From Anaerolineales bacterium (GTDB lineage: Bacteria; Chloroflexota; Anaerolineae; Anaerolineales; DRKV01), in assembly GCA_034429745.1 (NCBI GenBank), contig DAOUFY010000123.1:895-64894 (forward strand): DNA of 64,000 bases. The letters run 5' to 3'. Shown here piece after piece: positions 55,601 through 62,857 of this stretch (the first letter of the stretch is position 1; every line of letters begins with the position of its first letter). The notes beneath the pieces were generated by a model. It was not told the DNA's origin, made no database searches, and saw nothing but the letters and a program-made list of their open reading frames with translations. A program made the translations under genes and the position numbers.

Positions 55601-58204
55601 GCACAGCAACCTCCTGCAGAGCAATCTCCGCAGATCGAGATTAGCCATGAAAGTGAAAAGATTGAGGAGGCAAAACCAGAAATCAAGCGCCGCATTCCTT
55701 TGCCTAGTCTGCGCCCTCGCTTAGACCTATGCCTCCCAACCAACATTGCTCTCAATGCCGAAAGCCGTATCGTGTTTGTTGGCAGCAAGCATAAAGCCGC
55801 TGAAGCCTTGCTGCGCAAATTGCGCAACCGCAAAGTTAAGCTGCTTTCCATCCAGACTGATGATCCTCAGGAAATCCAAACTCAAATTCAAGCCTTCTCT
55901 CAAGAAGGTGAACTGCAAGGTGTGTTTTTCCTAGCTGCTTTAGATACAGAACCACCCCTTGGGGAAATGGATTATCTTGCCTGGCAAACTGAACTTGACC
56001 ATCGTCTCTATACTCTCGAAGCCATATTGCGTGCTATCCCTTACCAACCTAATGCAGCGCATCAACCCTTCCTTGTTTGCGCTACGGCTATGGGTGGTGC
56101 TTTTGGATATGATGTCGAAGGTGCCCGCTCGCCCTTAGGCGGAGCCGTGGTTGGTTTAGCTAAAGCCATTGCTCGTGAACGCCAAGGCTGGTTCGTTAAG
56201 GTAATAGACTTTTCGCCCAACGAAAGTTCTAACTTCATCGCTGAAAAGCTTATTGCCGAAACTCTTCAAGATAATGCTGTGATCGAAGTAGGGTGGAAAA
56301 ACAACATGCGCTTCGGCATTACTCTTCACGAACAGCCCCTGCCAAGCTCAGAATCAACTGTTTCCTTGAGTCTGGCAGATCAGACCCCCGTTGTTTTAGT
56401 AAGCGGCGGCAGTGGAGGTATCACCGTCCCAATTCTGCTAGATTTAGCAAAAACAGTCCAAGCTCATTTCTTCCTACTGAGCCGCACACCCCTCCAAGAA
56501 GATGACCCAGATCTTATTCTCTTCAAACAAATCGGCAGAAATGCCTTGAAACAAACTTTGCTCCAGCGAGCAAAAGAAAGCGGTGTTAAAGTAAAGCCGG
56601 CCGAAATTGAAAGGCAAATTGATGTACTCGAACGCAAAGCTGCTGCCCAAGCTGCTGTGGAAGCACTCACTCAAGCCGGCTCCCAAGTAACCCACTTGGT
56701 TTGTGATGTAAGCCAGAGTGAATCAGTAGAACAAACTGTACAGCAAGTATTGTCTCAAGCCGCTCGAGTTGATGTACTCATTCATGCAGCTGGTGTTGAA
56801 CGCAGCCGCAGTTTAGAGACCAAACCAACCGAAGAATTTCATCAAATTGTTGCCATCAAAGCCGGCGGTTTCTTCAACCTTTACTCAGCTTTGCTGAAGC
56901 ACCAAGCACTGCCTAAAGTGATGATCGCCTTCGGATCGGTAGCTGGCCGCTTTGGCAACAGCGGACAAACAGATTACAGTGCCGCCAATGATCTGCTGAG
57001 CAAGCTCTGTTCAGCTATCAGAAAGACTCATAACATTCAGGCAGTCTGCATTGATTGGGGCGCTTGGGCAGAGGTTGGCATGGCAAGCCGCGGTGTTATC
57101 CCTGAATTGATGCGCCGCGCCGGCATCGAGATGATGTCTCCTAACGCTGCTGCTCCCTTGTTGCGCCAAGAGCTGCTGAGCGGCTGCCCGCATAGCGAAG
57201 TCGTTTATAGCGGCAGCTTAGGCATTCTTGAACAACAAGCCGATGAAGCATATGGCTTGGATCTTGAAAAAGCAAATACTGCCCTCACTGAAGGCAAGCC
57301 TATTTATGAGATGATCACCCGTCTGAACAGCTTCACTCCTCAAGATGGCATCTACTTAGAAGCCGAGCTTGATCCTCAAGAATATCCCATGTTGCGCGAT
57401 CATGCCATTCGAGGTATTCCCGTTTTACCGGGCGTCATCGGTATTGAAGGCTTTCGCATTGCAGCCCGCCACATTGCCTCAACGCTTGCTTCTCAGAAAG
57501 GCAGTTTCCTAGCACAGCACCTTGAAGATATTCAATTCCTTGTCCCATTCAAGTTTTATCACAATGCACCGCGTCGCATTCTTTGGAAAGCAAAAGCTCT
57601 ACTGGAAGAAAAGGGGTTGATTGCTTATGCTACATTAGAGTCAACTCGCGTCCGCCCCAATGGTGAAGTTGACCATCGCTTGCATTTCAAAGGCAAGGTT
57701 TTCCTCACTCCCACCAAAGAAGCTCTGCAGCCTGTCAAAACTCAACCGCCGCATTGGAATGGAGCTTATACGGTAAGTTCAGATGATATTTACCGCATAT
57801 ATTTCCATGGTCCAGCTTTCCAAGTACTAGAAGCCGTACAACGCAACAATGGGCATATCATCGGTAAAATGCATCAGCAAGTGCTTGATTACACTAAAAA
57901 CCCCATCCCCTACTTAATCGAGCTCTGCCTGCAAACGGCCGGTGTTTGGGAAATTGGGCTTAGAGGCATCTTAGCTTTGCCGAACGCTATTGATCAACTC
58001 ACTATCTACACCAATAAGCTAAATGGAAAAGCCATTTTTGCCCAAGTATTTCCCCAAATAAATGGCGATTCTTATACCTTTGACGCCCAAGCCATTGATG
58101 CAGAAGGTAATTTACTCGTTGAGATGAAAGGGTACCGCACCATCGCCACCGAGATGTCGGTTGACTCTGATCTCATCCTTCCCTTAAGGAAGTTAATGGA
58201 ATAA
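49631..58204 (+). CDS. PUFA-synthase-like (pfaA-type) iterative type I PKS/FAS: KS - 3xACP - AT - KS - KR - DH
   Basis: KS1: DAACASS, HGTSTRVGD, NIGHLKSAAG. Three ACP-like domains follow. AT: GHSLGEY and HAFHS. KS2: NAACATTTH, SHETYT, GYTGHAMG. KR: SGGSGGIT and YSAAND. C-terminal DH: HAIRGIPVLPG (HxxxGxxxxP). Confidence 0.9.
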   Translation: MSTTQPIAIVGLGAILPDALNVQDFWQNLLSARYSISEVTKDRWDEALYYDSDPSVPDKTYSKIGGFVRGFRFEPLKMKLPIPPNVAAVMDEAQQWAIVASYQALQDYGYPQRSLDPERVAVIFGNSMAGEYHYRTNMRIFLPEYEQALASSEAFRQLTPEIQAAILEGFKSQIRSRIPNITEDTMPGELSNIIAGRVANLFNFSGPNFVTDAACASSFAALQAAIEGLQSYQFDAVLSGGIDRNMGVESYVKFCKIGALSPDGSRPYADGANGFVMGEGAVVFLLKRLADAEKDQDRIYAVIRGIGGSSDGKGKGITAPNPLGQQRAIERAWKNAALSPSTATLIEGHGTSTRVGDVVEVNTLNTVFSPFNLPTASIALGSVKSNIGHLKSAAGAAGLLKTVLSLYHKKLLPNANFHRPNPNLDFDRLPFYVLTTVKDWDQPKADIRRAGISSFGFGGTNFHLVVEEYLPGYALKGSSSYSGVALSVAPIQSASPAHVNAQTIPQSIPATQVQSASPSPAPQPANADIQATVLKLVAEKTGYPEDMLDLDLDLEADLGIDTVKQAELFATIRQHFGIPRREDLRLADYNTLAKVIQFMQEALSGSSPAQAPQPTTAPQTAQSASPSPAPQPANADIQATVLKLVAEKTGYPEDMLDLDLDLEADLGIDTVKQAELFATIRQHFGIPRREDLRLADYNTLAKVIQFMQEALSGSSPAQAPQPSPAPQAAQQASPSPAPQPANADIQATVLKLVAEKTGYPEDMLDLDLDLEADLGIDTVKQAELFATIRQHFGIPRREDLRLADYNTLAKVIQFMQEALSGSSPAQAPQPTAAAAISVEKATLPPSAPQASAQPRQRGLRGILFLSATDPQSLQQQCEQAINATRNGILPNQAPLSTHELSQPERLAIDYGSAEELIKRAEKALSAFENPSLWQNLTGQGIYRFSGSNKDHKVAFLFPGQGSQYANMLRDLFDVSSSVRDTYAEADAVMTPLLGKPLTDYIFCENTEEAIKAAEAELKNTIITQPAVLTANVALMRLLGEYNIHPDLVIGHSLGEYAALVAAGVLSFAEALEVVSARGREMSKVTVADNGTMAAISAPLEVVESTLKQIDGYIVIANINSPSQSVIAGETAAVASAIEAFQAAGYQAVKLSVSHAFHSKIVAPASEPLRKVIQRMHIHPPKLPIAANVTGDLYPNTVEEITDLLCQQIASPVQFIRGINTLYNHGARIFVEVGPKRVLSTLALEILKDKNDVYIFSTNHPRKGGIASFNEGLCGLYACGLPRQTAGTTIQSTQMPSIPKNTSIKYTSFPKWNGRLPLSGSVVISGAGLGLPGKAHHVFEDDNIQRLLNGEMRIDPLPEEIRREMVSLRITRLEKSESGAVMVPIESTNQVIKLAGQRGAFDLHQEFGIPQERVDALDITTQLAIAAGIEALRDAGIPLIMNFRKTSKGTYLPDRWMLPPALADETGVIFASAFPGLGGMAEELERYYTAQQIQAQISEISSLLDLIPNDNQALRENLLNRLAELEEQSKAHPYQFNRNFIFRVLTMGHSQFAEYIGARGPNTAVNAACATTTHALAIAEDWIRAGRCRRVIVIAGDDPTSGSIAPWISGGMFASGAATTEGNLRLAALPFDRRRNGMLMGMGAAALVVEAQEALVERGMTPICEILASVIANSAFHGTRLNIDHVSQVMDRVLSEAETRYGIKRSEIAPHTVFISHETYTPARGGSASAEIRALRYTFGDQADKVMIANTKGYTGHAMGVGIEDVLATKALEYQIVPPIAHINDGFEPDPELGNLNLSRGGKADVHYALRLGAGFGSQIAMSLMRKVGTAGQRIDHPRYQKWLSNISGYPNPTLEVVQHTLRIKNEGVPPQPPADSEWQYGQVPKAWALDVPPTADAFLAHSESIPSADQSEITQQPTPQSPAATSPIEHADPTTLAEVAQHVQRALVNGSDPLSLSAYKELFEPASKLPQVSEEKRISLLAPIFKAASQAQQPPAEQSPQIEISHESEKIEEAKPEIKRRIPLPSLRPRLDLCLPTNIALNAESRIVFVGSKHKAAEALLRKLRNRKVKLLSIQTDDPQEIQTQIQAFSQEGELQGVFFLAALDTEPPLGEMDYLAWQTELDHRLYTLEAILRAIPYQPNAAHQPFLVCATAMGGAFGYDVEGARSPLGGAVVGLAKAIARERQGWFVKVIDFSPNESSNFIAEKLIAETLQDNAVIEVGWKNNMRFGITLHEQPLPSSESTVSLSLADQTPVVLVSGGSGGITVPILLDLAKTVQAHFFLLSRTPLQEDDPDLILFKQIGRNALKQTLLQRAKESGVKVKPAEIERQIDVLERKAAAQAAVEALTQAGSQVTHLVCDVSQSESVEQTVQQVLSQAARVDVLIHAAGVERSRSLETKPTEEFHQIVAIKAGGFFNLYSALLKHQALPKVMIAFGSVAGRFGNSGQTDYSAANDLLSKLCSAIRKTHNIQAVCIDWGAWAEVGMASRGVIPELMRRAGIEMMSPNAAAPLLRQELLSGCPHSEVVYSGSLGILEQQADEAYGLDLEKANTALTEGKPIYEMITRLNSFTPQDGIYLEAELDPQEYPMLRDHAIRGIPVLPGVIGIEGFRIAARHIASTLASQKGSFLAQHLEDIQFLVPFKFYHNAPRRILWKAKALLEEKGLIAYATLESTRVRPNGEVDHRLHFKGKVFLTPTKEALQPVKTQPPHWNGAYTVSSDDIYRIYFHGPAFQVLEAVQRNNGHIIGKMHQQVLDYTKNPIPYLIELCLQTAGVWEIGLRGILALPNAIDQLTIYTNKLNGKAIFAQVFPQINGDSYTFDAQAIDAEGNLLVEMKGYRTIATEMSVDSDLILPLRKLME
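51176..52147 (+). repeat. Three tandem 324-bp near-identical repeats, each encoding one ACP domain plus a Pro/Ala/Gln linker
   Basis: The GCTTCTCCCTC... motif recurs at 51176, 51500 and 51824, an exact 324-nt period. Confidence 0.9.
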
Positions 58205-58256
58205 AACTCAAAGGCTTTTCCCATCCTTCCCATAAAGAAGGTTATCATATAAAATC

Positions 58257-58285
58257 GTAAGGGCGGATATCAAATCCGCCCTTAC
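58257..58285 (+). terminator. Rho-independent-type hairpin after the megasynthase gene
   Basis: GTAAGGGCGGAT-atcaa-ATCCGCCCTTAC, a 12-bp perfect stem followed by a pyrimidine-rich CTCTTCTCC rather than a clean U-run. Confidence 0.55.
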
Positions 58286-58325
58286 CTCTTCTCCGTATCA
58301 TTCAACCTTTGCCTCGATCTCTCTT

Positions 58326-59090
58326 ATGGATACCTTTATTTTTGAACAAGAATCTATTTATGGCATATTCCTCAATGCCCCTTCAGAACAAGACAAAGAA
58401 ACATGGCTAGCGTATGAAAATTATCTTTCGGAACAAGAAAAGCTATTTCTAGCAGGGCTGCGTTTCCCCAAGCGGCAGCGTGATTGGCTGTTAGGTCGCT
58501 TCACGGCTAAAAAACTGCTGCTTGAATTCCCGCACCTTGCGTCAAGCTGCCCCATTCACCAACTGACAATTGCTAATGACCCTCAAGGAGCCCCTTGCAT
58601 CCTTCTACCAGACCAAACCGTAATGAATGGTTGTTTATCCATCAGCCACAGCAGTGGTGCGGCTTTCTGTGCTTGGACTCCCCTTACAACTCAACACATT
58701 GGAGCAGATATTGAACTCATTGCCCCTCACCCTCAATACTTTATTGAAGATTATTTTACACCATTTGAAATCGCCCAATGTGCACAAGCCCCTGAACCAT
58801 TGCGCGCAGATCTTGTAACCGCAATTTGGAGCGCAAAAGAAGCTGTCCTCAAAGCTCTGCGGCAAGGCTTGAAATGGGACACACGTCAAGTTGAAATCAA
58901 TCTCTCTGCAATAAATCTCGAGCAAACGCAGTTCGGCATTTGGTACCCGGCAGAGGTTGCACAGCCAAAAAGCAAAGAAAAAACTTGGCAGCTTTGGATT
59001 CAACGCTCCCAAGTCTATATACTCACGTTAGCTTGCTTAAAAGAAACCGCCGTTATTGAACCAGAGGGGAATACGGCCGGTAGGCATTAA
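58326..59090 (+). CDS. Sfp-type 4'-phosphopantetheinyl transferase
   Basis: Motifs GADIELI and WSAKEAVLKAL (WxxKEAxxK). Confidence 0.8.
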   Translation: MDTFIFEQESIYGIFLNAPSEQDKETWLAYENYLSEQEKLFLAGLRFPKRQRDWLLGRFTAKKLLLEFPHLASSCPIHQLTIANDPQGAPCILLPDQTVMNGCLSISHSSGAAFCAWTPLTTQHIGADIELIAPHPQYFIEDYFTPFEIAQCAQAPEPLRADLVTAIWSAKEAVLKALRQGLKWDTRQVEINLSAINLEQTQFGIWYPAEVAQPKSKEKTWQLWIQRSQVYILTLACLKETAVIEPEGNTAGRH

Positions 59091-60690
59091 ACCAAGCCGC
59101 CGGCACAGGGATACCATAATCCATTAAGGTATGCAGCCTCCGTAGATAAGCAGCACCGCTCAGCAAATGCAAGGCTACATCCGCCACATGTCGTTGCGCA
59201 GGTTCTGCCAAATAGCTGCCTCGCACCCACTCATTGAAAGCTCCTAGACTCGGACCGCACCATATTTGGTAATCAACCTCACGTCCTTTCTCGCCAAGCA
59301 CTGCCCAATGGGAAGATAAGCCAAGATACCAGCGAAACACCAACGCCATTTTTTGCTTCGGGTCTCGTTTTGCCCGCTCTATTTGGCTTGCATCTCGTTG
59401 ACTGAAGAAGCGCTGAGTCTCCTCCCATATTTCCTCAAGACTGCGTTTAAAAATTTGCTTTTCTATCTTCTCTCGCTCTTCGGCTGGAATTTCTTCCAAA
59501 GAGCCATAGCGCACATAGAGCTCATATAGTTTTAGAGCTCGCATGGCAAACATTGTTCCTCTTTTCAGCACCTGCACCTTCACACCCATTTCAAACATAT
59601 CCGCTGCAGGCGCCATAGCAACATCGGTCATTTCCATTTGACTGAGCAGCTTTTTCACATGCTCACTTGTACCGCTCTCTACACAGGATTGATTCACCGA
59701 GCCGCTTACGAGATATGCAGCTCCTAATTGCAATGCAGCATAAGCAGCGGCAGGAGTGCCAATTCCTCCCCCACCACCAACGCGAACCGCTTGTGCATAC
59801 TTCTTTTCCGCTTGTATTTCATCTCGCAAAGCGATGATAGCAGGCAAAGCCAGCACTAAAGGACGGTTATCCGTATGTCCGCCGGAATCGGCTTCTACGG
59901 TAATGTCATCTGCCATGGGAACAGCTTCAGCTAGTGCAGCCTGTTGGGCGGTAATCTTTCCGGCAGCTAGCAGCTGCTGCACCATATCTGCCGCCGGCGG
60001 AAGCAGAAAATGCTTCGCTACCTCCTTGCGGGATACCTTCGCTATGATTCGGTTTCTTGGCTGCGGCTTACCTTGCTCATCTACCACCAAACCACAGACT
60101 CTATACTGCACTAAAGGTAGGGTTAACCCTAAATAAGCAGAAGCTTCTATAGCCCGAATTTCATGCTTTAAATACAGCTCGACTGTATTTTGCTCCATTG
60201 CCGGCTCATTTGGGCTATTGATCAAATTAAACAAATATGGGCCATTGGGAAGTGCCGCTTTTATGGTTTGGATTGCCTTTTCAATCCTTGAAAGCGACAG
60301 TCCAGCAGCTCCAAATGAACCCATTAAGCCAGCCTTTCCTAATGCGATAACCATCTCCTCTGAGCTGATGGCATTTGCCATTGCTCCTCCATAGTAAGCA
60401 TATCGACAGCCGTAAGTTCTGCAAAAGGTTTCATCTCCTAGCTGCTGGAGCGACAATGGTGGTAAATATGCCGCTAGCTGCCTTTCTCCTTCTTCTATCG
60501 CAAGGTTATCAGCTTTGCTAATGCTGCCTTCAATCGTGTAACCTAAGCGGTCGTGGTCATCAAGCACATAAACAGGCTGATCCAATTCCAACAAGACACG
60601 AGAGACTTGTTCTCCCTGAAAAGCGACTTTGCTCAAATCGCCTTTCCATTTCAATAAACGTAAAGGGTGGTTATAATTTGTTCCGTTCAT
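59053..60690 (-). CDS. PfaD-family trans-acting enoyl reductase (nitronate-monooxygenase fold)
   Basis: Motifs YGGAMANAISSEEMVIALGKAGLMGSFGAAG and SGGHTDNRP. Start placed at ATG 60690 (545 aa), because the 587-aa ORF-track version covers the divergent promoter. ATG 60714 is also possible. Confidence 0.8.
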   Translation of the reverse strand: MNGTNYNHPLRLLKWKGDLSKVAFQGEQVSRVLLELDQPVYVLDDHDRLGYTIEGSISKADNLAIEEGERQLAAYLPPLSLQQLGDETFCRTYGCRYAYYGGAMANAISSEEMVIALGKAGLMGSFGAAGLSLSRIEKAIQTIKAALPNGPYLFNLINSPNEPAMEQNTVELYLKHEIRAIEASAYLGLTLPLVQYRVCGLVVDEQGKPQPRNRIIAKVSRKEVAKHFLLPPAADMVQQLLAAGKITAQQAALAEAVPMADDITVEADSGGHTDNRPLVLALPAIIALRDEIQAEKKYAQAVRVGGGGGIGTPAAAYAALQLGAAYLVSGSVNQSCVESGTSEHVKKLLSQMEMTDVAMAPAADMFEMGVKVQVLKRGTMFAMRALKLYELYVRYGSLEEIPAEEREKIEKQIFKRSLEEIWEETQRFFSQRDASQIERAKRDPKQKMALVFRWYLGLSSHWAVLGEKGREVDYQIWCGPSLGAFNEWVRGSYLAEPAQRHVADVALHLLSGAAYLRRLHTLMDYGIPVPAAWFNAYRPYSPLVQ

Positions 60691-60753
60691 CACTTCTTTA
60701 AACCCTCTTGTCATAAAAACGTTGCACATTAAAAAATAAATTCTGCCAAGCAA

Positions 60754-60782
60754 TTGCTCACTTGCCAAAAATAGATTATAAT
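60754..60782 (+). promoter_or_regulatory. Promoter TTGCTC-17 nt-TATAAT for the Zn-ribbon/nuclease genes
   Basis: Read directly. The -10 box sits within the palindrome ATTATAAT, so the same box could also serve the divergent pfaD-like gene. Confidence 0.5.
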
Positions 60783-60821
60783 CGGCTTCACTATTGGAAT
60801 AAATAAAAAAGGACAACCATC

Positions 60822-62003
60822 ATGAAAAAATGTCTGAACTGTGGTAAGGAAAATCCAGACACTTCAAAGTTTTGTGGTTATTGTGGCACACCGCTGCCGG
60901 CCCAAGCAGAATCCGTTAGTCCTCCTCCCTCCGGCCCTGCAGCAGGTGTTCCGCGTCGAGAAACAGGAATACCGCCGGCTTATCCCCCCTCATATCCCAC
61001 ACCACCGCAAGGTGTTGAAGGAGTAAGACAGCCACGCGAAGCGTATCCTCCATCACCTCAAGCAATCCCACCGCAACCTGCACCTGCTCAGCCTCCGTAC
61101 CCGGCGGCGCAAAGCGGCTACCCCCAGCCACCGGCCACAGCGGGCGGCTACCCGCCCCCACCCATGCAACACCGCGAGGAGTATGTCTATCCTGAAAGAC
61201 CACTTCCTCCTGGTGCTCCTCCCCCCATAAGACCAGGGGGCCAAGCTGTCCGGCCTCCCTATCCTCCGCCCTCGCGCCCACCCAGAACCGCCGGTGCACC
61301 TGCAGCCAATAAATCATCGCAGCAACGCATCATCATTATTGCCGTTATTCTAGTTGTGCTCATCGGCATGATATTATGTGCCGTCATTGGCTGGACTCAA
61401 AAAGATAACATTGCCGGGTTAATCAACCCCGAAATTCGCGAAACCCAAATGGCAAAAGATATCGAAATAGGGCTTACCCAAACCGCGGCTGTCAGCATTG
61501 ATATTCCTGCCACAGTTCAAGCTCAAATCGTCCTTACCCAAGCCGCAGCAAGCGGAGAAAGCCAGCCTGCTCCAGCTGAAGCCCAAGGTACTCCCCAAGC
61601 TGCAGCTCCAGCTGACGAAACCACCTACGTTAACACTGTTAAACAACAAGTACCCCAGTATGCTCAAGCGATGAGCAAAATTCAAGAACTGCTCACCGCA
61701 GCCAGCAGTGACCCCAACAAACTTAAAGACGATCAATGGAAAAATGACTTCGCTGCTGCTACAGGTATGGTTACTCAAACCAGCAACGCCTTGCGCCAAT
61801 TATCTGCTCCGCCAAAATATCAAGAAGCCCATCAAACGCTGTTGGATGCCGCTCAAAAACTAGACAGTGCTGTTCAACAGCTCACTGAATACATCACCTC
61901 TTTCGAGCAAGCCAAGCTTGAACAGGCTACAAAGGACCGCGACGAAGGCAGCAGCTTATTAAAAACTTTCATGGAAAAGGTGGATCAGCTTAGCGCCCAA
62001 TAG
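60822..62003 (+). CDS. Zinc-ribbon protein with a proline-rich region, one TM helix and an extracytoplasmic helical domain
   Basis: N-terminal CLNCG...CGYCG, about 150 aa of PPxP-rich sequence, and the TM helix IIIIAVILVVLIGMILCAVIGW. Confidence 0.65.
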   Translation: MKKCLNCGKENPDTSKFCGYCGTPLPAQAESVSPPPSGPAAGVPRRETGIPPAYPPSYPTPPQGVEGVRQPREAYPPSPQAIPPQPAPAQPPYPAAQSGYPQPPATAGGYPPPPMQHREEYVYPERPLPPGAPPPIRPGGQAVRPPYPPPSRPPRTAGAPAANKSSQQRIIIIAVILVVLIGMILCAVIGWTQKDNIAGLINPEIRETQMAKDIEIGLTQTAAVSIDIPATVQAQIVLTQAAASGESQPAPAEAQGTPQAAAPADETTYVNTVKQQVPQYAQAMSKIQELLTAASSDPNKLKDDQWKNDFAAATGMVTQTSNALRQLSAPPKYQEAHQTLLDAAQKLDSAVQQLTEYITSFEQAKLEQATKDRDEGSSLLKTFMEKVDQLSAQ

Positions 62004-62049
62004 GTATAAACTGACTCTCAAGCTTGCAATAATTTTGGGAAGGTGAAAG

Positions 62050-62832
62050 ATGAGAACTCTCATCCTCTTGTTATTGTGTGTTGGAAGTTGGTTTTATCCT
62101 CTTGATCGTGGGCTTGCTTTAGAATCTCCAGCAGCTGTACCGACAAACCCGCCGAATGCTATTACATGCTTACCGCGCTCATCAAGCGTTATAAAAGCGC
62201 GTGTCTCAAAAGTTATTGACGGCGACACGATTGAGATTACCTATAAGGGCAAAAACTATCGTGTTCGCTACATTGGCATAGATACACCAGAATCAGTTCA
62301 CCCCAACCGTCCCGTTGAACCTTTCGGTAAAGAAGCCGCTGCAAAAAATAAAGAATTGGTCAGTGGAAAAGAGGTTTATCTAATCCGAGATGTCTCTCAA
62401 ACGGATAAATACGGGCGTCTTTTGCGATATGTTATTGCAGATGGCATTTTTGTGAATTACGAGCTTGTCAAACAAGGTTATGCCTATGCCGTAACTTATC
62501 CTCCAGATGTCGCCTGTGCTGAAGCCTTCCTTGCTGCTCAACGCGCCGCTCAAGCAGCCGGCAGAGGGTTATGGGGTTCAGATGCCTCTTCGAGCAATCC
62601 AAATGACAGCCCTTCTGGCAGTGTGCCAGTCAATCCAACTCCACCTGCCCCTGCTCAGCCTCAAAGAAGCGGCAATGCTCCCTGTAACTGCACCGGGTCG
62701 GATTTGGACTGCCGCGATTTCTCCTCCCACGCCAGTGCACAAGCTTGTTTCGATTATTGCTTCCCAAATTATGGAGACATCTTTAAACTAGATGGGAATG
62801 GTGATCGTAACGCTTGTGAAAAATTAAAATAG
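62050..62832 (+). CDS. Secreted thermonuclease (SNase)-family nuclease with a C-terminal Excalibur Ca-binding domain
   Basis: Signal peptide, SNase motifs VIDGDTIEI, RYIGIDTPE and DKYGRLLRYV, and an Excalibur-like CNCTGSDLDCRDF...DGNGDRNACE. Confidence 0.8.
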   Translation: MRTLILLLLCVGSWFYPLDRGLALESPAAVPTNPPNAITCLPRSSSVIKARVSKVIDGDTIEITYKGKNYRVRYIGIDTPESVHPNRPVEPFGKEAAAKNKELVSGKEVYLIRDVSQTDKYGRLLRYVIADGIFVNYELVKQGYAYAVTYPPDVACAEAFLAAQRAAQAAGRGLWGSDASSSNPNDSPSGSVPVNPTPPAPAQPQRSGNAPCNCTGSDLDCRDFSSHASAQACFDYCFPNYGDIFKLDGNGDRNACEKLK

Positions 62833-62857
62833 CTCTCAACGGCAGCTATTTTGACGA

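Noticed and set aside
58257-58285. tRNA-like T-arm impression from GGCGGATATCAAATCCGCC
   Set aside because: It is only a single 12-bp hairpin. There are no acceptor, D or anticodon arms around it. Its position right after a stop codon fits a terminator.
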